From contig CAWHTE010000007.1 in the NCBI GenBank assembly GCA_963832165.1, forward strand, positions 128,001-192,000: DNA of 64,000 nucleotides. Reading direction: 5' to 3'. The stretch's first letter is position 1. Each line of letters starts with the position of its first letter. This DNA is from an uncultured delta proteobacterium (lineage in GTDB: Bacteria > Myxococcota_A > UBA9160 > SMWR01). The notes below the pieces were generated by a model. It made no database searches and was not told where the DNA came from. It saw only the letters and a list, made by a program, of their open reading frames with translations. Positions 18,917 through 27,101 of the stretch are shown piece by piece. Both the position numbers and the translations under genes were made by a program.

Positions 18917-20134
18917 GTGCACTTCGACCTGACCGATCTCGACCTGTTCGAGAAGGGTTTCCCGCAGCATGTGTTCACGTGGCTGCGCCGCGAGGCTCCC
19001 GTCTATTGGCACGAGCCCACTTCTCACACCCCCGACGGCGACGGCTTCTGGGTGGTGAGTCGACATGCCGACGCGCTGCGCGTGCTGCTCGATCCGATCG
19101 CGTTCTCGTCGGTCACGGGCGGCAGCCGGCCGCATGGCGGCTCGTTCCTGCAAGACACTCCGCTCGCGGGCGTGATGCTCAACATGATGGACCCGCCGCG
19201 CCACGACCGGATCCGCGGGCTCGTGAACAAGGGCTTCACACCGCGGCAGATCGCCAACCTCGAGGCCGAGCTGCGCCGGCGTTCGCGGTTGATCCTCGCC
19301 GATGCCGCGCAGCGCGGCCGCTGCGACTTCGTAGTCGATGTCGCGCGCGAGCTGCCGCTTCAGGCGATCTGCATGTTGCTGGGCGTACCCCAGGAGGCGC
19401 GCACCGAGCTCTGCGACTGGATGGACATCACCATGGAGTACTCGGGCCGCCAGCTCGGCGAGACCACCCCGGCAGCCCGCGAAGCGCACGAGGGCATCCA
19501 GAGCTACGGCGCGAAGCTGATCGCGGAGAAGCGGCTCGCGCCGGGCGACGACATGCTCTCGGTGGTGATCCACGCGGCGCTGCCGGGCGAAGAGCCGCCG
19601 GGCCTGACCGACGGCGAGCTGTTGATGTTCTTCTTCCTGCTGTTCGTGGCCGGCAGCGAGACCACGCGCAAGGCGATCGCGGGCGGCCTGCTCGCGCTGC
19701 TCGAGACCGGAGAGTGGGAGCGCCTGGAGCGTGAGCCCGGACTGCTCGGTACCGCGGTGGAAGAGATCGTGCGCTGGACGACGCCATCGGTGTACAAGCG
19801 CCGCACGCTCGCGCGCGATACCGAGCTCGGCGGGCAGCGGCTGCGCGCGGGAGACAAGCTCACGTTCTGGGAGATGTCCGCGAATCGCGATGACGCCGTG
19901 TTCGAGGACCCGTTCCGGTTCGACGTCGGCCGCGCTCCCAACCCGCACCTGGGCTTCGGGCACGGTGTCCACTACTGCCTCGGAGCCAATCTCGCGCGCC
20001 TCGAGATCCGCGTCATGCTCGAGGAGCTGGTCGCGGCCGGGCTCGAAATCGAGGTCACGGGCGATCCGGTCTGGACCCGCGACAATCGCCTGTTCGGGCT
20101 CAAGCATCTGCCGGTGCGGATCGGCGCGCGTTGA
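18917..20134 (+). CDS. Cytochrome P450 (CYP124/125/126-like)
   Basis: MDPPRHDRIR, AGSETT, EEIVRWTTP, NPHLGFGHGVHYCLG. Confidence 0.93.
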   Translation: MHFDLTDLDLFEKGFPQHVFTWLRREAPVYWHEPTSHTPDGDGFWVVSRHADALRVLLDPIAFSSVTGGSRPHGGSFLQDTPLAGVMLNMMDPPRHDRIRGLVNKGFTPRQIANLEAELRRRSRLILADAAQRGRCDFVVDVARELPLQAICMLLGVPQEARTELCDWMDITMEYSGRQLGETTPAAREAHEGIQSYGAKLIAEKRLAPGDDMLSVVIHAALPGEEPPGLTDGELLMFFFLLFVAGSETTRKAIAGGLLALLETGEWERLEREPGLLGTAVEEIVRWTTPSVYKRRTLARDTELGGQRLRAGDKLTFWEMSANRDDAVFEDPFRFDVGRAPNPHLGFGHGVHYCLGANLARLEIRVMLEELVAAGLEIEVTGDPVWTRDNRLFGLKHLPVRIGAR

Positions 20135-20246
20135 AGCGGTACGCGAGCGCGCGCAATCGGACCGGAACCGCGCGCTCAGGCCGCCCCTCGAATGGGTCGA
20201 TGAGATACCGGAGTCCCGGGCCGATCGCGCCCGGGCCGGAGTTCTC

Positions 20247-21185
20247 GTGGATCGACGACGCCAGGCTCGCCGTCTGTGCACCGCCCTGCTGCGCATCGCT
20301 TGCGCGTGTGGACTGGCGCTCGCGCTCGGGTGCGCCTCCGTCGAGCACGGCTACAACGCGCAGCAGTATGCGGGCGTTCCGCTCGCGCCTACGAAGGGCC
20401 GCGGTGCCGAGCGCTTCCGGGCCGAGCTGGAGCACGACGAGACGCTCGCGAGCTACGTCGCCGAGCACGGGCGGCCCGATTACTTCTACATCATCGATCG
20501 CCAGAAGCTCTACTTCTTCTACACCGCCACGGACCAGGCGGCGATGTTCGAACGGATCCTGATGGAGCCGAGCCAGGTGACCGAGCTCGGGCGGATCCCG
20601 GGCAGCCTGCTCAAGATGCTGCCCGAGCCGACGCGCAAGCAGGTCGAGGCGCGCCGAGCGAGCGCGCAGCGGCGCGCGCAGACCCAGGCGCGCCACGCGC
20701 AGGGCAAGATCGACCGCAGCGCGCCGCGCCGGGCGGGCAGTGCGGCCGCGATTGCGCCCGGCGGCAACTACATCGGGGGATTCGAGGTCGCCCAGATCGT
20801 CGCGCGCATGCGCGCGCCGCGTACTGCGGCCGATCCCGGAGTATCCGACTGGCGCGAGTCGCGCGTGCGCGGGGGCGTCGCCTACACCGCGCGCGTGGGG
20901 CGCACAAACTATGAGGTCGGCCCCGAGCGCGTCGCGTTCACGACCGCCGTGCCTGGCTCACGCGCAGAGCTGCCCGGGTCGGCGCGCCTCGCGATGGAGC
21001 GCATCAACGATGCGATCTTCGCCGCAAAGGCCCAGGCTGTGACGGATCAGATGATGGCACTCGCGGAGCGCGCGGTCGCCGACCGATCGGGCTCGACGAG
21101 CTTCAGCAAGCGCGTGGCGGGCCGCACGATCCGGATCGGGCGACGCGTCGACGCCGGCGTGTTCGCCTACTCGATCCACCCGTAG
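20247..21185 (+). CDS. Hypothetical lipoprotein
   Basis: GTG start with GGAG RBS; LALALGC lipobox; protein-like composition; function unknown. Confidence 0.6.
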   Translation: MDRRRQARRLCTALLRIACACGLALALGCASVEHGYNAQQYAGVPLAPTKGRGAERFRAELEHDETLASYVAEHGRPDYFYIIDRQKLYFFYTATDQAAMFERILMEPSQVTELGRIPGSLLKMLPEPTRKQVEARRASAQRRAQTQARHAQGKIDRSAPRRAGSAAAIAPGGNYIGGFEVAQIVARMRAPRTAADPGVSDWRESRVRGGVAYTARVGRTNYEVGPERVAFTTAVPGSRAELPGSARLAMERINDAIFAAKAQAVTDQMMALAERAVADRSGSTSFSKRVAGRTIRIGRRVDAGVFAYSIHP

Positions 21186-21202
21186 CGCGGCAGCGCTCGG
21201 AG

Positions 21203-21439
21203 CTAGCGCTCGCGCCGGATCGCCGTACCCGCGATCAAGAGGCCCGCCCCGAACAGGAGCAGCGAGCTCGGCTCGGGCACCGCGGGCGTGAATCCGTTCT
21301 GGTCGTCGTTCTCCGCCGCGACGGAAACGGATGACGTCGAGGACGACGCGGCCGTGCTGCCGTGGCCTCCGCCACCGCCGCAGTCCGCACCCAGACCCGC
21401 AAGGGCTACCAGGAGAATCAGCAGCAACCGCATCCGCAT
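21203..21439 (-). CDS. Very short PEP-CTERM protein with lipoprotein-like signal
   Basis: MRMRLLLILLVALAGLGADCGGGGGHG...AVPEPSSLLLFGAGLLIAGTAIRRER; GGGAGG RBS. Confidence 0.8.
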   Translation of the reverse strand: MRMRLLLILLVALAGLGADCGGGGGHGSTAASSSTSSVSVAAENDDQNGFTPAVPEPSSLLLFGAGLLIAGTAIRRER

Positions 21440-21519
21440 CGCGTCGGCCTCCCACAGCCCCGCCGTTTGGCGGGCTGGTAGTGAGTGACCGTACCCGTCG
21501 CGGTGGTAACAACTCTCCG

Positions 21520-21539
21520 CGCGCAGAACATTCTGCGCG
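21520..21539. promoter_or_regulatory. Perfect 9-bp inverted repeat (putative operator)
   Basis: cgcgcagaa-ca-ttctgcgcg, upstream of the short PEP-CTERM gene. Confidence 0.45.
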
Positions 21540-21574
21540 TTAGTTGCACACGAGCGTTCTGTTCGCGGGAGTCG

Positions 21575-21859
21575 CTAGACGCGCGAGCCGCGCAGGCGCA
21601 TGGCGTGGTGGCGCACGAGCAGGCCGATGCTCACCGCGGCCGACAGCCACGCGATCACGCGCATGACCTGGAACAGAGGCGTGTGACCCACGTGCAGCTG
21701 CGGCGCGAATACGGCGAGTCCGTAGGCGATCACGAGCAGGGAGAACGTGAGCGTGGTGGCCGCATGTCGCCGCTCGCCAGTCACTCGCCAGCGCCAGGCG
21801 AAGAACGGCAGGTGGGTCGCGAACACGCAGAACAACACGAGCGGCCAACCCCCGGACAC
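21575..21859 (-). CDS. Small membrane protein (3 TM)
   Basis: Three hydrophobic segments; starts 3 nt after the upstream stop. Confidence 0.6.
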   Translation of the reverse strand: MSGGWPLVLFCVFATHLPFFAWRWRVTGERRHAATTLTFSLLVIAYGLAVFAPQLHVGHTPLFQVMRVIAWLSAAVSIGLLVRHHAMRLRGSRV

Positions 21860-21862
21860 GAT

Positions 21863-23296
21863 CTAGCCGCCCGCCGCGCCGCGACCCGCGCGGCGTCCGA
21901 AGAACGTGCCATCTCCGAGCGACAGCCCGCTGCTGTACCCGCCCACCGAGAGGCCCGACGTGCTGCGGCCCGCCGCGAACAGACCCGGAATCGCATCGCC
22001 GTCGCCGTCGAGCACGCGGCCCTCCGTGTCGGTGTGGAGGCCCCCCAGCGTGAACGCGGCGTAGAGCGAGTTCTCGGTGGTGCAGTCGAACGCCCCGAAC
22101 GGAGGCAGGACGAGCGGAGTCACATAGCGCGGATCCTTGTGGAACACGGGGTCGCGGCCCGACTCCGCGTGGCGGTTGTAGAGCGCGAGCGTTGCGGCGA
22201 GGCTGCCGTCCGGCAAACCGAGCTCGCGCTCGAGCTCGGCGGGGGAGTCGCCCACGGCGGCCAGGCTCCGCTCATAGCTGGGCTGCTCGAACACCGCGTC
22301 GTCGACCACGAGCCAGGCACGACCGCCGCGATGCAGCAGCGCGAACTCGCCGAGCCGCCCGTAGTAGGCGTCTTCGTTCACGAAGCGCTGGCCCTGCGCG
22401 TCGACGAGCACGCCGCGCTTGAGACCCCAGGGCTGTGTCGCGGGTAGCGAGATCGAGACCGCATCCATGTGCAGCGTGGCCGCACCCGCAGCCATGCCGA
22501 GCTGGATGCCGGAGCCGTCGTCTCCCTCGGCGCCCACGCGCACACTGCAACGGCGTGCGAGCGGCGCATACGCTTCGAGCATCCGATCGTTGTGGATGAA
22601 GCCGCCCGTCGCAAGAACGACGCCGCGGCGCGCCCGCAGCGCGCGGTGCGCGCCGAACGTCTCCGCCACGACGCCGACGATCGCACCTGCGCCGTCCATC
22701 ACGAGGGCGCGGACGCGATGGTCCGGGGCGATGCGCGCGCGGCTCGCGGCCACGGCGGCGGTGAGCACGCGCATGAGCAGCGGGCCGGTCTGATGCTTCA
22801 TCTGAGGGACGTGACCGCGCGGAGCAGGCACGGCGATGTCGCGGTAGGGATGTGATTGCTCCGAGCCCGACCACACGAGACCGTCGTCGGTGGGCGGCTC
22901 GCCGCTGCAGCCTTCGTAGAAGACCGGCTTGAAAGGCACGCCCTGCGCGACGAGCCAGGCGTAGTGCTCGACCGACCCATCGCAGTACATGCGGATCTTC
23001 GCCTCGTCGGGCGATCGCCCGACCGACGCCATCAGGTACTTGAACATCTCGTCGGGCGAGTCCTCGAAGCCGCACGCCTTCTGGAGCGCCGTGCCCCCTC
23101 CCAGGTAGAGCACGCCACCGCTCATCGCCGACGTTCCACCGCCGCCGCTCGCGCGCTCGAGCACGAGCGTGTGCGCACCCTCTGCGGCGGCCTCGAGCGC
23201 CGCGGCTGCTCCCGCGGCACCCAGCCCCACCACCAGCACGTCGACTTCGTCGTCCCAACTTCCGACGTCGGCTGCGCGAACGATCCGGCTCGACAC
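21863..23296 (-). CDS. FAD-binding (FAD_binding_2) dehydrogenase, 3-ketosteroid Delta4-(5alpha)-dehydrogenase-like
   Basis: VVGLGAAG Rossmann motif, GGTSAMSGG, VVLATGGF, RFVNEDAYY, FTLGGL, GYSSGLSLGDGTFFGRRAG. Confidence 0.75.
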   Translation of the reverse strand: MSSRIVRAADVGSWDDEVDVLVVGLGAAGAAAALEAAAEGAHTLVLERASGGGGTSAMSGGVLYLGGGTALQKACGFEDSPDEMFKYLMASVGRSPDEAKIRMYCDGSVEHYAWLVAQGVPFKPVFYEGCSGEPPTDDGLVWSGSEQSHPYRDIAVPAPRGHVPQMKHQTGPLLMRVLTAAVAASRARIAPDHRVRALVMDGAGAIVGVVAETFGAHRALRARRGVVLATGGFIHNDRMLEAYAPLARRCSVRVGAEGDDGSGIQLGMAAGAATLHMDAVSISLPATQPWGLKRGVLVDAQGQRFVNEDAYYGRLGEFALLHRGGRAWLVVDDAVFEQPSYERSLAAVGDSPAELERELGLPDGSLAATLALYNRHAESGRDPVFHKDPRYVTPLVLPPFGAFDCTTENSLYAAFTLGGLHTDTEGRVLDGDGDAIPGLFAAGRSTSGLSVGGYSSGLSLGDGTFFGRRAGRGAAGG

Positions 23297-23343
23297 GATT
23301 CCTCCGAGGCCGCCAAAGCTAGCGCGCCCTATCCTCGCCGAAC

Positions 23344-24984
23344 GTGGATGCGACCGACCGAGGAGCCACCGAGCCGGGCCAGCGGATTCGCGTGCTCGCG
23401 CTCGGCCTCGCACTCGACGAGCCCGAGGCCGTGCTGCGCGATCGCGCCGCCGAGGTGCTCGGAGTCGAGCGCGAGCAGATCCGCACGTTGAGCGTGGCGC
23501 GACGCGCGCTCGATGGTCGCCACCGCGCCGAGCCGCGCTTCGTGGTGCACGTGGACGTCACGATCGACGCGAGCGCACGCAGCCGCGAGCTCGCGCGGGC
23601 ACTCGCGGCCGGGCGCGCGCGCAAGCTCCCGCCGCTCGCGCGCTTCGAGCTCGAGAGCTTCGAGCGCGCCTGGCGCGGGCGCGTCGTGGTCGTGGTGGGC
23701 GCCGGACCGGCCGGACTGTTCGCCGCACACGTGCTCGCGCTGCACGGTGTGCGCGTGGAGCTGCTCGATCGCGGACCCGAGCTGCGCGAGCGCGGGAAGT
23801 CGGTGGCGCGCTTCGTGAACAGCCGCGAGATCGACCCCGAGCGCAATCTGCTGTTCGGTGAAGGCGGCGCCGGCACCTACTCCGACGGCAAGCTCTACAC
23901 GCGGACCCAGCACGAGCTCGAGGATCCGATTCTCGCGGTGCTCGTCGCGTGCGGCGCGCCCGAGGCAATCGCCTTCGACGCGCGCGCACACATCGGCACC
24001 GACCGGCTGCACCGCGTGCTTCCGCGGCTGCGCGCGCAGCTCGAGGCATCGGGCGTGCGCTTTCACTTCGGTACGCGCCTCGAGTCGCTCGCGATGGACG
24101 ACGCCGCGCCGCGGCGGATTCGCGCCGTGCAGACGTCGGCCGGAGAGCTGCGTGCCGATGCCGTCGTGCTCGCGCCGGGCCACAGCGCGCGCGATACGTT
24201 GCGCGCGCTCGCGCACCAGGGCGTGGTCGTGCGCGCGAAGCCGTTCCAGCTCGGCGTCCGCGTCGAGCACCCGCAGGAGCTCGTCGACCGCGGCCGCTAC
24301 GGCGATCCCGCGCTCGCCGCGCGCCTCGGCCCTTCCTACTACGCGCTCGTCGACAAGGGCGCGACCGGCCGCGCGGGCGTGCACAGCTTCTGCATGTGTC
24401 CGGGCGGTCAGATCGTCGCGTCGGTCTCCGAGCCGGGCCTGCTCTGCACCAACGGCATGAGCAACTCGCGGCACTCGTCTCCCTACGCGAATGCGGGGCT
24501 CGTCGTCACGGTGGATTCCAACGACTCGAGCGGGCCCTTCGCGGGCGTCGAGCTCCAGCAGGAGCTCGAGCGGCGCTTCTTCGACGCGGGCGGTGGAGGA
24601 TTCCGCGCACCCGCGCAATGCGTCGAGGACTTCCGCGCGGGCCGCGAGAGCCGCGCGTTGCGCCCCACGAGCTACAAGCTCGGGATCTCGCCCGCGCGCA
24701 TCGACGCGCTGCTTCCCGATTGGATCCGCGATGCGCTGCGGGGCGCTCTCGCACGCTTCGAGCGCGAGATCCCGGGCTTCGTCGCCATGGGCCAGCTGGT
24801 CGGGATCGAGTCGCGCAGCTCGAGCGCCGTGCGGCTGCCGCGCTCCGCCGAACTCCGCGTCGCGACGGGCTTCGCGAACTTGTTCCCGGCCGGCGAAGGC
24901 GCGGGCTATGCGGGCGGGATCATGAGCGCCGCGATCGACGGCGCGCGCAGCGCACACGCGCTGCTGCGGCAGCGGCCGGACTAG
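23344..24984 (+). CDS. Uncharacterised FAD-dependent dehydrogenase (COG2509-like)
   Basis: VGAGPAG, FGEGGAGTYSDGKL, HIGTD, SFCMCPGG, GEGAGYAGGIMSAAIDG. Confidence 0.88.
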   Translation: MDATDRGATEPGQRIRVLALGLALDEPEAVLRDRAAEVLGVEREQIRTLSVARRALDGRHRAEPRFVVHVDVTIDASARSRELARALAAGRARKLPPLARFELESFERAWRGRVVVVVGAGPAGLFAAHVLALHGVRVELLDRGPELRERGKSVARFVNSREIDPERNLLFGEGGAGTYSDGKLYTRTQHELEDPILAVLVACGAPEAIAFDARAHIGTDRLHRVLPRLRAQLEASGVRFHFGTRLESLAMDDAAPRRIRAVQTSAGELRADAVVLAPGHSARDTLRALAHQGVVVRAKPFQLGVRVEHPQELVDRGRYGDPALAARLGPSYYALVDKGATGRAGVHSFCMCPGGQIVASVSEPGLLCTNGMSNSRHSSPYANAGLVVTVDSNDSSGPFAGVELQQELERRFFDAGGGGFRAPAQCVEDFRAGRESRALRPTSYKLGISPARIDALLPDWIRDALRGALARFEREIPGFVAMGQLVGIESRSSSAVRLPRSAELRVATGFANLFPAGEGAGYAGGIMSAAIDGARSAHALLRQRPD

Positions 24985-25850
24985 TCCCGCGACAGGAAGT
25001 CGCGCGCAATCTGCACATAGGTGTCGGGCATGGTGAGCGGGCCTTCGTGGGGCGCGCCGGGCACGATCAACTCTTCGGCGCCGGGAATCGATCGCGCGAT
25101 CAGATCGGTGTGGGGGCGCAGAACGATATCGTTCTCGCCCGCAACGATGAGGGTCCTGGCGGTGATGCGAGCCAGTTCGGCTGGCGAATAGTGTGGTTCC
25201 GTGTGAATCATCGTCGCGATCTTCTCGAGCACGACGGGGAAGTGCGAAGGGTCGGGCGCGAGCCTGTCGTAGAGCACCTTCGCCTGAGCCCCGATTTCCG
25301 CCATGCGCGCCGAGCTGAAGGTTTCCGGCGCTATGCCATCGGGCGAGACATTGGCGCCAATGGCGATGAGGCGGCGTACGCGCTCGGGGTGCTTCATCGC
25401 CATGTCGAGCCCGATGATGCCGCCGTCGCTCCAGCCGATCACGTCGACCGTCTCGATGTGCAGCGAGTCCAGCAAGGCGATCATGTCAGCGCCCATCTGC
25501 TCGTAGGTCAGCGGCCCTGGCGCGTCAGTGCTGCGGTAGTGGGCGCGGCTGTCGGGCGCAACGACGAGACGATCGTGCGCGAACGCGCGGATGAAGGGAT
25601 GCATGGTCTCCAGTGACGCGACGGCGCCATGCATCACGAGCAGCGGTGGGCCTCTGCCATAGGTCTCGTAATAGAGGCTGATGCCATTGATGTCGGCGCG
25701 CTGGCCGCCGTGGAAGTCGGAACTGACCGCACGCCACGCTTCGAACGCGGGAATGCCATAGAACCTCGCGTTGACGGCGAACACGCCGACCAGCAGGATG
25801 ACGACGAGGCCTGCGCCAACGCCCCAGGCGATCTTGCTTCGGCTTGACAT
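24981..25850 (-). CDS. Alpha/beta hydrolase with N-terminal TM anchor
   Basis: MHG oxyanion motif, GWSDGG nucleophile, GEND, GAPH. Confidence 0.88.
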   Translation of the reverse strand: MSSRSKIAWGVGAGLVVILLVGVFAVNARFYGIPAFEAWRAVSSDFHGGQRADINGISLYYETYGRGPPLLVMHGAVASLETMHPFIRAFAHDRLVVAPDSRAHYRSTDAPGPLTYEQMGADMIALLDSLHIETVDVIGWSDGGIIGLDMAMKHPERVRRLIAIGANVSPDGIAPETFSSARMAEIGAQAKVLYDRLAPDPSHFPVVLEKIATMIHTEPHYSPAELARITARTLIVAGENDIVLRPHTDLIARSIPGAEELIVPGAPHEGPLTMPDTYVQIARDFLSRD

Positions 25851-25884
25851 GCTCGCCCCAGCCCGGCGAATTCGCAGTCGTGCC

Positions 25885-25908
25885 GGCCTTCGGCCTAATC
25901 CGCCCTAC
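25885..25908 (-). repeat. Truncated GTAG-type REP-like element
   Basis: Minus strand GTAG-GGCGGATTA-GGCCGAAGGCC overlapping the dusB stop; second arm absent. Confidence 0.45.
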
Positions 25909-27092
25909 CCACCCGACACGGCTTCCGCTGCCTCCAGCTCTGCGGCGGGCGGCGTCGCGTCGCCGAGATCGTCGAGGTATCCGTCGGGCAACGCGACCCG
26001 CTGCGTGCCGCCGCGCTTGCCGCGCGGCAGGCGCATCGCGTGGGGCGGGAACGGGACGCACGCGTCGACTCCGTCGAGGATCGCGCGCAGATCCGCGAGG
26101 CTCTCGATCCGGATCAGCGCGTCGCGCAGGCGCGTGCTGTCCGGGAAACCCTTCGTGTACCAGGTCGCGTGCTTGCGGAAGTTGCGCAGGCCCAACCGCT
26201 CGCCCATCCAACCCGCGAGGCGCTCCGCGTGATCGAACATGATGCGCGCCACCTCGCCGAGCGTGGGCGGATCTTCGGGCTCGCGGCCCGCGAACACGTC
26301 GGCGAGGTCTCGGAACAGCCACGGGCGTCCCAGGCAGCCGCGACCGACCACCACGCCCGCGCAGCCCGTTTCGCGCATCATGCGCAGCGCGTCCCAGGCC
26401 TCCCAGATGTCGCCGTTGCCGAGCACCGGGATGCTCCGCACCTGTGCGACGAGCTCCGCGATCGCCTCCCAGCGCGCTTCTCCCGCATAGAGCTGCGCCG
26501 CCGTGCGCGCGTGCATCGCCACCGCGGCGCAACCCTCGCTCTCCGCGATCCGGCCCGCGTCGCGGAACGTCTCGAGCCGCTCGTCGACGCCGATCCGGAA
26601 TTTGATCGTCACGGGCACCGCGCGCGCTGCGCCGACCGCCGCGCGCACGATCGCGCGCAACAGGTTCGGCTTGAGCGGAATCGCGGCGCCGCCGCCGCGC
26701 CGAGTCACCTTGCGCACGGGGCAGCCGAAGTTCAGGTCGATGTGATCGACGTGACCCTCGCCGACGAGCCAGCGCACCGCCTCGCGCGTGTAGTGCTCGT
26801 CGACGGCGTAGAGCTGCAGGCTGCGCGGCTTCTCGCTCGGGTCGAAGCCCGCGAGCCGCAACGTCTTTGCGTTGCGCTCGACGAGCGCGCGCGCCGTGAT
26901 CATCTCGCTCACGTACAGACCTGCGCCGAAGCCGCGGCACAGCGTGCGGAACGGCGGATTCGTGATGCCCGCCATCGGCGCGAGCACGATGGGAGCCTCG
27001 AGCGCGAGCGGCCCGATCCGCAGCGGTGCGAACTCGCCCGGACGCGCGGGCGGTACGCCGCGGTTGGTCTGGCTCACGTAGCGGGGATCCAT
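25905..27092 (-). CDS. dusB: tRNA-dihydrouridine synthase DusB
   Basis: LAPMAGITN, SEM, IDLNFGCP, VTIKFRIG, HART, GNGDI, VGRG. Confidence 0.9.
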   Translation of the reverse strand: MDPRYVSQTNRGVPPARPGEFAPLRIGPLALEAPIVLAPMAGITNPPFRTLCRGFGAGLYVSEMITARALVERNAKTLRLAGFDPSEKPRSLQLYAVDEHYTREAVRWLVGEGHVDHIDLNFGCPVRKVTRRGGGAAIPLKPNLLRAIVRAAVGAARAVPVTIKFRIGVDERLETFRDAGRIAESEGCAAVAMHARTAAQLYAGEARWEAIAELVAQVRSIPVLGNGDIWEAWDALRMMRETGCAGVVVGRGCLGRPWLFRDLADVFAGREPEDPPTLGEVARIMFDHAERLAGWMGERLGLRNFRKHATWYTKGFPDSTRLRDALIRIESLADLRAILDGVDACVPFPPHAMRLPRGKRGGTQRVALPDGYLDDLGDATPPAAELEAAEAVSGG

Positions 27093-27101
27093 CCGGGAGG
27101 G

